A stretch of DNA of 64,000 bases, from the NCBI RefSeq assembly GCF_009914755.1, contig NC_060928.1; one strand, 5' to 3'. Position 1 is the first letter of the stretch. Each line of letters begins with the position of its first letter. This DNA is from the human T2T-CHM13v2.0 reference genome, Homo sapiens. Positions 1-11,400 of the stretch are shown here, one piece after another. Below the pieces are notes generated by a model. It did no database searches. It was given only the letters and a program-made list of their open reading frames with translations, and was not told the DNA's origin. The position numbers and the translations under genes are program-made.

Positions 1-224
1 TTGAGCAGCCCTCATGAACATCGACACTCATTTGAGGTTACTGAGCGCATTTGCCTGACCTTAACATTGTCATCCCAAAGCTGTTTGCCAATTCATTCCC
101 ATCTCCACAGCCCTATCTTTCTCCAGCAGTCTTGGTCTGTGGTTCTAATGAACATAGGAGGCTTGGTTCATTTGGATGCAGGAAGTGAGGAGGAATAACA
201 TGAATGAGATTGACAAGATGCCTC

Positions 225-348
225 AATTCTAATCTGTTGAATGGAGATACTTATCATGCCTCCTTATGCAGTGCTGTAAGGATTAGATGAGATTCTTTAT
301 ATAAAGGACTTAGAACAATACCTGGTGTGTTGTTAGTACTCAATTAAC
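225..348 (+). mobile_element. MIR fragment
   Basis: atctgttgaatggagata...gtaaggattagatgaga...cttagaacaatacctgg resembles the MIR core/3' end. Confidence 0.6.
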
Positions 349-357
349 TTTATACAA

Positions 358-810
358 TGTATTAGTCAGGCTTTGTTGTGATGATGCTACATAACAAGTA
401 ATCTCAAAATCTCAATGCCAGCAACAAACATTTACTTCTCATTTCCATAGGTCAGCTGTGGTTCTACAGGGCTCTTCTGGGCTTGGCTAGATTCAGATGG
501 GCCTGGATCTGGGTGGTGAATTGGCTTCCTATTTGCTTCACTTGGCTGTCATGAGAGGATCCAGGGAAGTAGCAGCAGTTATCTGAAGCATATTCATCTC
601 ATGCTGGAGGACAGGATCACCAGAGGCCATGCAGGAATGTTTAACGCCTCTGCTTGGATGTGGCATTCACTGAGTCACTCACATTCCATTAGCTGAAGCA
701 AGTCACATGGCTAAGCCCAATGTCAGTGGGGTGGGGAAGTACACCACTTCCATGGAAAGGAGGGAAAACAGATGTTTGCTGAATAATAATACAATACTAT
801 GATCTACCAC
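358..810 (-). mobile_element. Old MaLR LTR (MLT1J/K/L-like)
   Basis: tgtattagtcagg...aaaatctcaatg...cacattccattagctgaagcaagtcacatggctaagcccaa...ctaccaca are typical MLT1 motifs. Confidence 0.6.
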
Positions 811-848
811 AATACTATGATCTACCATTATACTGTGATCTACCATTA
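792..848. repeat. 18-bp tandem repeat x3
   Basis: caatactatgatctacca, caatactatgatctacca, ttatactgtgatctacca. Confidence 0.9.
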
Positions 849-1576
849 ACATTTCTTGAGTGCCTAATAGCTCTCAGGAAGTGTTCCAAGAACCAGGGAT
901 TCTAGAGATGAATCACATAGCAGCTCTGCTCTCTGCTCTCAAGGGTGCCTTCACTACAGACTGTGGTCACTGCAAGGACAAAGGTGGCCCCAGGACAACT
1001 TAACCTCTCCTGAACTATTTTAATTCTCACAATTTCCCTGTAACCCCAGTATCACTATCCTTATTTTACAGACAAATAAACTGGGACTCAGAGAGGTTCA
1101 GTAATTTTCTTTTGTTCCCATGGCTAGAAAATGGCTAAGCCTAGAACCAAACCTTGGTGTGATTGTTCCAGGGTTCTGTTCTTTGCATGACCACTCTGGA
1201 CTCAAGTATTTAGGCAGAGGTATTAGAACTGAGATGCAGACTGACCAAAACTCTCATATCTTGGCAGGAGCCCAAGTCTGCATATGTATGAGCCTCATCC
1301 ACACATACGCAAGCTCTGGCTGAGACATCTGTAACCTAGACTTTCATAGCTGGGCTACTAACTTCAATCATCTGAAGGAAGATTCAAGTTATCACCTGCC
1401 ACCAATTCAGTTAATTATCCATAAACTTGTTTCTATATTGCCCTATGATGCTCAGTCCAAGCCCAAGTCAAATGCTCCCTCCTGAAAACTTCTCTGATTC
1501 CCTAGCCACCAGTTTCTGCCTGTGTTGCCTGTCCACAGCACCAAACACTTAAGACACTTTCTCCATGATCCTACAA

Positions 1577-1636
1577 TTTTTTTATTTTTTTGAAACAGGG
1601 TCTCACTCTGCGCCCAGGCTAGAGTGCAGTGGTGCA
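1577..1636 (-). mobile_element. 5'-truncated Alu 3' end (~60 bp) with 13-bp flanking duplication, within L2
   Basis: T-tract + gaaacagggtctcactctg...gtgcagtggtgca. catgatcctacaa at 1564-1576 and 1637-1649. Confidence 0.85.
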
Positions 1637-3002
1637 CATGATCCTACAACCTTGATGTATATATTTTAGGCAAACACTGCTCACAGAAAGCCCATATTCT
1701 CCTATTCCACCTCCACAGTCCCCAGAGTTCCAGCCCAGTGCTTGGCATTCAGCAGGGGCTAGATGAAAGTGTGTGGAATGAGTGAATGAACGATGGATGG
1801 ATAGAGGCTGCTGGGTCCTTAGGAAAGAGAGCAGATGAGATTTATTTTTTATTTTTGTCCCTATCCCCTCTTTGGTCCTTTGGAGGGATTTTAGTCAGGA
1901 TGGGTCTGGTGCAACCAGGTGATCCAAGGGTTACAGGCACAGAGGAAAGTAACTGGAGCTCCCTTTGGGTACCACAGTAAACACTGGTGATGGAATGCCA
2001 TTGTCTTATCTTCTGAGAAGTAGCAGGAGGCTTCCAGATTCTTGTGTTTCATCAACTGGCTCCAATCATTAAGCTAAATACTCAGCTTATGCAATGCACT
2101 TGCCCAGCTGATTTAGAAGTGGCACCTTCGCAATCAGTCTGGAGCATTTGTGTGGTCACTGTATTCCAACATTCACTACAATTAGGGACTGCCAGAGAAG
2201 CCTGATTGTCTTCATGGGTTACTTATAACCAAATCATAGTAGCAATCATTATGTAAAGAGAGTTGTTTCTCCACACCCCCAACTTCCCCGCCTCACCCAC
2301 CCCCAATGTCAATCCATCCATTTTATTTAATGCTTCTGGCTGCAGTGATTAGATGTCATGAGCGTGATAGGGCCTTCAGTTGGAAAGTGCTAGAGGCAAA
2401 GGAGTTTTGTTATTCTCATCCTTAGAGACACAGAATCCAGAGGTAAAGGGGACTTAGAGATTTCTAGTCCAGCAGTCCCGTGTTGTAGATGGACAAACTT
2501 GAGTATCAAAGTCAGGTAGCTTCATGAAAAGAGCATAAATGTGGAAATCCAAGGCTCCATTTCTAACTCAGGCTTAATCACAGATAACGTGTGTGATGTT
2601 GAGCTACTTGCTTAGTGTCTCTGGGTCTGAGTTTTCCTTTCTAGAAGATGGGGAAACTAATACTTATTCTAGGATGATTAGAGATAAAGTGTAGAAGTTG
2701 CCTGGTGTATGGCAGCTGGTACAATGGATGCCATAGTAAAGGAGTTGGTGCCAGCATCACTGCATCACTGCTCTCCTTCCATCACTCCACATTGCCTTCA
2801 ACTGGCTGAGTGCTGCTGCAGAAGAACTGACTCCTATGTTCCCTGGCTCTCAGCATGACTCAGTTTGACTTTTCATAAGTGCAGGTAAGCAAGATAAAAT
2901 GGAAGTTCTTGTTCCTCTCTACAGACAGAAAATACCAGCAGGAGACCAGCCAAGCAGAGCTGGGGGAAGTCTTGAGACTCACCCGATGGTCTCCATGATC
3001 TT

Positions 3003-3384
3003 TGTCTTAGTTCCTTTGAGCTGCTAAAACAAAATACCTTAGATTAGGTAATTTATAAACAACAGACATTTATTTATTTATTTATTTATTTATTTATTTT
3101 TGCAGTTTCTGAGGCTGGGAAGTCTAAGATCAAGGCATCTGCAGATTCAGTGTCTTGGTGAGGGCTTGCTCTCTGCTTTAAGATGATGCCTTCTTGCTAT
3201 GTCCTCATGTGGTGGAAGGGGTCAAAAGTTCATCTTCATCTCTTTTATAAGGTCATTAATCCCATTCAGAATGGCTCTGCCCAAATGCCTTAATCAGCTC
3301 CTAAAGGCACCACCTCTTAAAACTATCACCTTGATTAAATCTCCACATATGAAATTTGGAGAGACACAGACATTCAGACCATAG
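3003..3384 (-). mobile_element. MaLR LTR (MLT1A/MSTC-D-like) with internal (ATTT)8
   Basis: tgtcttagttc...ctgctaaaacaaaatacc...gaggctgggaagtctaagatcaagg...acattcagaccatag. Confidence 0.75.
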
Positions 3385-3569
3385 TAATCTCCATCCTCTG
3401 ATGTGGACCAGCAGCACACTCTCAGTCTTACGTAAATGACTCTGAAAGTGCAGCTTTCTGAGCTCCATTCCAATTGTACCCCCCCCCCCCCACCACCCAA
3501 CTTCTACACCAGTTTTGGTGAAGCCCTATGTAATCTCATGACCTACAGGTAGATTTGATAGATGGTGTT

Positions 3570-3890
3570 ATGGTACCAGGAGTGGGCAGTGGCCAAAACA
3601 CAAACCCTAAAATATGTGGCTCTAGAGCCAGATGGCAGTCAGCAAGAGAACCGTTACTGAGGGTTGGAAAGATGGTAATCTATCTTATGCAGTGGTGAAA
3701 TATTTGGTAAAGCTGTTGTAGGAATAACTTCAAGGGCGGATGATGTGCTGAAGGAACTTGAAGCTTAAGGTGAAAAGATGGGGAAACTGAACATTAGTAA
3801 CATCCCTTGGTCACTACTGTAAGAAAGAGATGAGCTCAGAAAAGAATTGGCTAAATTGTAAGCAGGTATAAAAAGAAATAGAGAGGGTCC
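3570..3890 (+). mobile_element. MaLR internal (MLT1-int-like) fragment
   Basis: ggtaccaggagtggg...ccctaaaatatgtgg...ggttggaaagatggtaatct...gcagtggtgaaatatttgg resembles the MLT-int 5' region. Confidence 0.45.
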
Positions 3891-4035
3891 AGGACTTCTG
3901 GAGTCCCATTTCTCCCAGGAAAGGGCCTGCCTCAGTATCCCTGCCAAGCTCAGTTACTGGCTAGAAGCAGCTTGAGTGAAGCTTGAACTCAGTGCAGAAC
4001 TGAATTTCAGAGTGCTGCAGCTGGGCTCTAGGTCA

Positions 4036-4733
4036 TGGACGTGGGTTGAATTTTTCCCCCTCAAATTCATATGTTGAAGTCCGAACTCCTAGTACTTCAA
4101 AATGTTACCTTATTTAGAAATGTCCTTGCTGATATTATTAATTAAAACAAAGCCCTATGGAGTATGGTGGACCCCTAATCTAATATGATGGGTGTCCTTA
4201 TCAAAAGAGGAAATTTGGACACAGGCATGTATAGAAGATGATGTGAAGCCACAGAAAGAAAGTGGCCATTTATAAGCCAAGCGGGGAGCTCTCAGAATGA
4301 AATCAACCCTGATGACACCTTGGTCTCGGACATCTATCCTCCAGAATTGTGAGAAAATACTTTTGTGTTGTTTAATCCATACACTTTGTGGTACACTCAG
4401 CCTTCCTGTGAGTTTTGCATCCTTGGATTTAAGTATCCATGGATCAAAATTATTCAGGAAAAGGAACACTAAAAATAACAATACATCAATAAAAATAATG
4501 CAGTATAACAACTATTTACACATAGCATTTACATCGCATCAGGTATTATAGGTAATCTGGAGATGATTTAAAGTAGATGGGAGGATGTGTGGGGTGATAT
4601 GCAAATACTATGCCATTTTATATCAGGGACTTGAGCATTTGTGGATTTTGTATCCTTGGGGTCCTGAAACCAATAGCCATGGATACCGAGGGACAACTGT
4701 ATTTTGTTCCAGCCATCCTAGTACACTCATGCA
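4036..4733 (+). mobile_element. MLT1B LTR interrupted by a DNA transposon
   Basis: caaattcatatgttgaagtc...aagaggaaatttggacacag...ccagaattgtgagaaaata. The LTR 3' terminus resumes at 4702-4733. Confidence 0.75.
4394..4699. mobile_element. TcMar-Tigger non-autonomous element (Tigger3/MER7/MER2-like)
   Basis: Ends ...ggataccgagggacaactg. Internal aacaactatttacacatagcatttac...gggacttgagcat. TA duplication at 4392-4393 and 4700-4701. Confidence 0.75.
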
Positions 4734-5199
4734 GTCAGGCGCAGTCCCTGGAGTTGGAGGTCTGCCAGGTTCTTCTCATGGATGCCACAGCAGCTACCAT
4801 GACACCAGCAGAAGTGTGGAAGGCACTTGCAGACTGGTGTTGGCTGCTTCTGGAAACCCTGCTTCTACCACATGTGTAAGACACGTGGCTCATTTGAATG
4901 TGGCTTTTGTTGTCAGGAGGAAAAAAAAAAAGACACATGGCTCAGTCCCCTCTTTCCCTCCAGCTGACAGGCAGTCAACCACCTGGCAGGTGAGCAAAGC
5001 TATCCTAGACTTTCCCCACCATCTCTCAGCCTCGCTACCACCTGATCACACACATGTGAGCAAAACCAGCCAAGATCAGTCTAGTTCAGCCCAGAAGACC
5101 CCCTCCTGGGCCACTGCCTGGTAAACTTACAAGCTAAATACAATTTGGGGGAGTGGTTTCTTCCAGCAGTAGCTACCGCTAACTGAGGATAATTATAAC

Positions 5200-5545
5200 C
5201 TCACAGAGGAAAAGCCACTTGAGGGTGTGTTTTTGAGCTGGTTTACACAATAAATTCAACCCCGTTGGAGACCCTAGTGAGCTGTGGAGAATGCAGTCAA
5301 CACTGTAGCTCTGAAGCATAAGTGGCTGAGGGACTAACCCAGTGAGTCTCATCCCCATCGTTGAGGGTGGTTCTCGCAGACATTAACTCTCCTGAACTGC
5401 TGGGCTACGGGCTGAGCCAGTTTCCTTAGCTTCAGAGGAAGTTGAGGTAGAAAAGTTGAGCCTCAGAGGGCATTGAGATGAAAAGCCATCAGGGTGCCCA
5501 GGAACTGTCCCCCCGAGCAGCAGCTGCAGTCAGCTACAGTGGCAT
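5200..5545 (-). mobile_element. Old ERVL LTR fragment (LTR33-like)
   Basis: General resemblance to the LTR33-like element at 46617-47050. Confidence 0.35.
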
Positions 5546-6335
5546 CTCCTGCACGTGGTGAATCTAAGTTATCTAAGTTGTAACATGGACAATGCAAAGA
5601 AACAAGGGGGTTACAGGATAGGGAGACCGGCCAAAGAGAATAGGTTTGGGAGTGCTGTGAAACTGCTGAATGTGATGCATTTTAATGGCTTTTCTTAATC
5701 TAACTCAGGGGATCACTTAATGCTGAACATTTCAGGCAAGGGTGAGCAAAAGATGGACTCCCAGCTGATTGATTGGGCAGCTGTGTTTGGGCTGCAGCGC
5801 TGGGAGCTCTACTCCATCCCACTTGAGATGCTCCCTGGAGGAGGCCACCTGCTTTGCCTAGTGTGGCCTTGTTCCTGCTTCTCCAATGATGGGCTTATCA
5901 GCATGAGACAAGTGCTTACTAGCCAGGCTTGTTTACTCGGTACCGAACCTTTTAGACGGCCATTCCAGCAGAGAAATAGGGATGTATGTGTACATATTTG
6001 ATTAGAGACAGGGCATTTACAGATTAAAGGGTTTGGGAGAAATGTTTCTGAAAAATGCTCTTTTTTTTTTTTTTTAAACTAGAGCTCATAATGAGAAGTA
6101 ATGAATTTCAAAGAAGTAGTGACCTGTGGATCCTGGCAACGTGGAAAATACAATGTTGGGTCTGCAGGCTGGCCCCTGCAGCGCCTCCCCAGGACATTCA
6201 GGGACAGCCAGCGCCATACTTGGGAAGGAAGGGCTCTGTGGCCGATATGATATGGAGGAAGGGACTGGGTGAATCTCCATGCTTATTAGCATAATTAGCA
6301 TATTAATCTCTTCCAAAAGGTGAGCAGTAAAGAGG

Positions 6336-6656
<321 letters not shown>

Positions 6657-7449
6657 GGGTAAAGAGTTTTCTAATCCTGCCTTATCCAGGAACATTTCCC
6701 AATTGTACTCTATCACAGAACCCTTTCCGAAGACCCCAATTAACTTCCCCAGAATACTTTGTAGATGCTGGACTGCAGGAATTCACTTCACACCCATTTT
6801 CTTGATAGATATATGGTGTCAGAGGAGATGAAACTTGCTTGGCAAGTGTATTGGCCTGGGAATTGGAAGGTTTGGACCTGGGCCTGACTTTGGCACTATC
6901 TTGCTATTTGTCCTTGGCAAACCACTTAGCCTTTGTAGGTTTCAGTCTGTCTAATTCTCTCTGTTTTCTCATCTATTAAATAAGGCTAATAACAGTTGGG
7001 TTGTTTGAAGATTAAATGTGAGTTCAAGGGAAATTCTTAAACAGCCTGAACACAATATGAGCTTGAGGTTGTTACTGTGATGATGATGATTTTGATGGTG
7101 ATGATATACGGCACTTTGTGCCTGTATTTTTACTACATCCTCTAGCAGTATGCATTGTCATTTATCTACCAAGAACTGTGCTAAATGAATTATTTATTTA
7201 AATCCTCACATCAATGCTTAACATAGGCAATATTCTTCCCATTTTACAGATGAGAAACTGAGGCTCAAAGAACTTATGTCACTTTCTTAAGGTCCCAAAG
7301 CCAGTACACAGCAAAGCCAGGATCCCATCGCAGCCTGAAATCTCTTTGCCACTAAAAGAGTGGTCCACTATCCACCAGGAGAGATTGAGGAAACCTTCAT
7401 TGACAGCTATGGAGACATGCTCTATCACACTCTGACCTCTTACTGCAAG

Positions 7450-8030
7450 TATTTTCAGTAGCACTTGCTATCACTTGATATTATGTGTCTGGTCTGCCTA
7501 CCCCATAGAATGTCAGCACTAAGAGGAACTGAGTTCTTCATTGTCCTTTAATTATGGTGTCCTCAGTGCCTAGAACCCAGCGGATGCAGTAGGCTCTCAA
7601 TAAAGAATTGTTGGATAAATGAATGAAGGATATACTTATTAAATACCTCCTATGTGCTAGGGGATATGTTAGATCCTCTGATACAATAATCACCAAGATA
7701 GATTGTGTTTTTGTTTTGATAAAGCTTAGATGAAGTTGTCTAAAGGTTATATCTATTCATTTCTTACCCTCCCTGTCTTCCAACAAAATATGAATCAAGC
7801 ACTTTTTAATTTAACCATTGGTGCTCTGCAAAGTGATCTGAAGGTGTTTTACCCATGCATGTTCTTCTCAAGAAGTTCATAGTTATAAGGAGAGCAAGAT
7901 ACATGAACAGATGATAAAAATACAATTTTAAATCACTAGAAACTCTGTGTATGAGGAGAAGAAAATAGCTCTACCTGGTGTCATGAAAGCTTTTGGAAGA
8001 AAGGTGATGAATGTTCCTGGGTGAATAGGG
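7450..8030. mobile_element. L2 fragments (both orientations)
   Basis: cctcagtgcctagaac...caataaagaattgttggataaatgaatgaa L2 3' end, followed by reverse L2 motifs. Confidence 0.5.
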
Positions 8031-8889
8031 ATTTGCTGAGTGGACTCAGGAGCCATGAACTTTTATGGTTCCAGGGTAGTGCCAGCAGGTCTAGGTTGAG
8101 AGAGGTCAACACACATGTAGAGTTCACCGGGGCTTGGTTTACTGTTCACAACTTCTTTAAATGGCCCTCAACTCATCTGCCTTTCTCTTTGACTTTTGTT
8201 CCTCACTTCCTTCACCCATGGGCTGTTCAGCTGAGCAGAGCAGCTGTGAGCTGTGGAAAGCACCTTCTGTTCTGGGAGGATGGTGAGGGGTAGGACCCTC
8301 TTTATAGGCCACTGATTTATTCCCATTTGCTGACTCACCACCACATGCCAGGCAAGTTACCTGCCTGCCTACTGTGATGCTGCTCCCCTCCTCTCCTCCC
8401 ACCAGGATTTTGAGGCTATATCCTGTCTTTGGCCAAATGCTGCATTTTTTCCTATTATTGTGTTGGAATCACTCTTCTTTAATCCTCCCATCTGCCACAT
8501 CAGTACTACAGTCTTCAAGAGTTGCAGCAGGACGGACAGGAGAGAATTGCTTGGGCTTTGAGGTAGTTTGATGCGGTTTCTAATTCCAGCTTCGCCACTT
8601 TGTTAGGGTAGAGTCCACTCATGACAGCAGAACCCAGGCTTGGAAGTTCAAAAGACAGACTTTAACAGGGGGAAGTAGTTGGAAGAGCTGAGAGGGCTAA
8701 CAGGGGTGGGGACAGCCCTGTTGTTAGGGACAGCAGGAGGCTTCTATCCTCCCTAGAGCCAGAGGGACAAAAAGAGGAGATGATGGGGCCCCAGGGGAAA
8801 TGTGGCCCCTGAAAGAGACTCTGCCTGAAGTAGAGTTGCCCTGGCCTCGCCCTCTGCCGGCCTGCAGATCTCCTGCCTGTGTCTCCCAC

Positions 8890-9215
8890 TGACTGAGTCA
8901 GCTGGGCTAGGCTGAGTTAGGCCACATGACACACAATCCCTGAATCTCAGTGGTTTACAGCAGCAAAGCTTTACTTTCTTGCTCATACTGCAGTGTAGCC
9001 AGTGGTGCTTCACTCCAGAACCCAGGCTGATGGGTCAACCTCTCCATGGGACGCTGCTGATTTCATAGCAGAAGGACCACAGAAAGGCGCTGAGCCATGA
9101 GCTGGATCGAAAAGCCTCTGCTCAGACGCAACACACATCATGCCCATCTGTGTTTCATTGGCTAAGCAAAACCTCCTGGTCACTTCTGAATTAAACTCAT
9201 CAAGGAAGTGTAACC
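8890..9215 (-). mobile_element. Old MaLR LTR (MLT1J/L-like)
   Basis: ccctgaatctcagtggtttacagcagcaaag...ccagaacccaggctgatgg...ttcattggctaagcaa. Confidence 0.55.
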
Positions 9216-9218
9216 CTG

Positions 9219-9512
9219 AGGTGGCTCATGCCTGTAATCCCAGCACTTTGAGAGGCTGAGGCGGGTGGATCACCTGAACTCAGGAGTTTGACACCACCCT
9301 GGGCAACATGGTGAAACCCCATCTCTACTAGAAATACAAAAAAATCAGCCAGACATGGTGGCAGGTGCTTGTAGTCTTACCTACTCAGGAGGCTGAGGCA
9401 CAAGACTCGCTTGAACCTGGAAGATGGAGGTTGTAGTGAGCCCGCACCACTGCACTTCAGCCTGCGCAGCAGGGTGTCAGTTTTTTTTTTTTTTTTGTCT
9501 CAAAAAAAAAAA
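9219..9512 (+). mobile_element. Alu (S/J-like) with internal T16
   Basis: ggtggctcatgcctgtaatcccagc...gtctc A11. T16 at 9481-9496. Confidence 0.9.
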
Positions 9513-9915
9513 GCCCCCTTTGATCTTGATAAAGAAGCATCCACTCTATCTTCCATAACTACTCTGTGGATGAATAGTAATGGCAATAGCCAACAGTTAT
9601 TGTGTGCTTATTAAGTGCTGGGCACTGTTCTAGGGGTTTTCCATGTAGCAACTAATGTTCTCACTATAATTCTAGAAGTAGTTCTTACTATTTTCCCCAT
9701 TTCACTGGTGAAGAATGCTGAGGCAGGGCAGGTTAAGTAACCTGACCAGAGTCCCACAGCAAGTACGCGGTGGAGCCTGGACTTGAACCTAGGCTCTCTG
9801 GCTCCAGGGATTGCTCTTCTGTGCTGTACTTCAAAGGAAAGAATGCAGAGAAGGTGTTAGCCTGAGGCTGGGAGCAGTCAACACTCAGTAAATTCTTTCC
9901 ACCTGCATGTTTGGC

Positions 9916-10400
9916 TGTTGGGAACAGGCCCCAACATCTGGCCATCAACTGGCCCCAAAACTGGCCATAAACAAAATCTCTGCAGCACTGTGACATGCTC
10001 GTGATGGCCTTGACACCCACACTGAAAGTTGTCGGTTTACCGGAATGAGGTCAAGGAACACTTGGTCCACGCAGGGAAAACCGCTTAAGGCGTTCTTAAA
10101 CAACAAACAACAGCATGAGCGATCTGTGCCTTAAGAATGTGTTCATGCTGCAGATAACTAGCCAGCGCCATCCCTTTGTTTCCCATAAGGAATACTTTTT
10201 ATTAATCTACAACCTATAGAAATAATGCTTATCACTGGCTTGCTGTCAGTAAATATGTGGGTAAATCTCTGTTCGGGGCTGTCAGCTCTGAAGGCTGTGA
10301 AACCCCTGATTTCCCACTCCACATGCGATATTTCTGTGTGTGTCTTTAATTCCTCTAGTGCTGCTGGGTTAGGGTCTCCACGACTGAGCTGGTCTCAGCA
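9916..10400 (+). mobile_element. MER9 solo LTR (HERV-K HML-3/HERVK9)
   Basis: TG...CA, starts tgttgggaacaggcccc...ctggccataaacaaaatctctgcagcactgtgacatg. Perfect 6-bp TSD tttggc at 9910-9915 and 10401-10406. Confidence 0.88.
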
Positions 10401-11029
10401 TTTGGCTCCACTCAAGAGGGCACTGGAGAAGGAGCCCTCCCCTTGGAATAAAGGCTGTGTGCATGGGGGGTGGGAGGAGAGAAGTGGGGGTAGTTGGGGA
10501 GCACAATATAGAGTGCCTAGCTTCACAGCAACCTGGGAAACATCAGCTTTCAAATCCCTGCATAATGTTTCTTTAGGCTGGAAAAATGGCTTTCTGCTGC
10601 CTGGCTCTCAGTGCCTGTGACAGTCACTCAAGGGGGATATGCTTGAACTCAAAATAGCTTCTCCAGAGGACGCTTGAACTGATTAGAGGAGCATCTGGTT
10701 GGCTTTTAAGACTCTTGAAGACTGAAAGATACCAAACTCATCGATTTCCTCCTGAGTCCCCTTCTCAGCCCACTTTTCCAGCTGACTGACACCTGCCTTC
10801 TGGTTGTTCAGGTGTTCACATGGTTTGGGGTCTGGGTACAGAAAATGGACCCTGTTTCTTAAAAGTAATCCCAGACATAGTGGCCATCCAGCTGGCTGGC
10901 ATGTGGATGGAGGAGATGCCGTGACTATGGAAAAGAGGGGCTGACACTTCCACAAGGGATCAACTTCAGGTGCACCCCTCTGTCCTTTGTCACTTGCTAT
11001 GGTCCTCACTCAGGGCTGTGGCCACATTG

Positions 11030-11400
11030 AAACACCATGTCCCTGGCACACACCATGCTGTGTCACATCTCCCATGCCCCTGCTCATTTTATTTCTTCTA
11101 GAATGCCCTTTCTTCCTTGTTTATCTCATAGATCCCTATGCTTCTTCAAAGTTCAGCTGAAATGTCTCTTCCTCCAGGAAGCTACCCCCTGATCTCCCCC
11201 ACATTCCCTGCTAATCCTAGGCCAGATGCCTCTTGTTTGAGCTTCCATGGTTTATGTTGAGACTTGCCACAGACTCTTCCTGTCTGTTTATCAGTTCTCT
11301 CCTCTGCTGAACTGAGCTGTTCCATAGCTGGGCCAGGCCTCTTGCCTTTTGCATTTCCAGTGCATAGCATCAGTGTGTGATGGATACTTACCAACTGAAT
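11030..11400 (+). mobile_element. L2 3' fragment
   Basis: tagaatgccctt...cttcaaagttcagctgaaatgtctcttcctccaggaagc. Confidence 0.55.

Noticed and set aside
2885-2924. Plus-strand donor gtaagc and acceptor ctctacag as a mini-intron
   Set aside because: 40 nt is below the usual human minimum intron size and there is no supporting exon context.
4585-5124. 179-aa ORF
   Set aside because: Runs across Tigger, MLT1B and other LTR fragments with no recognisable domain.
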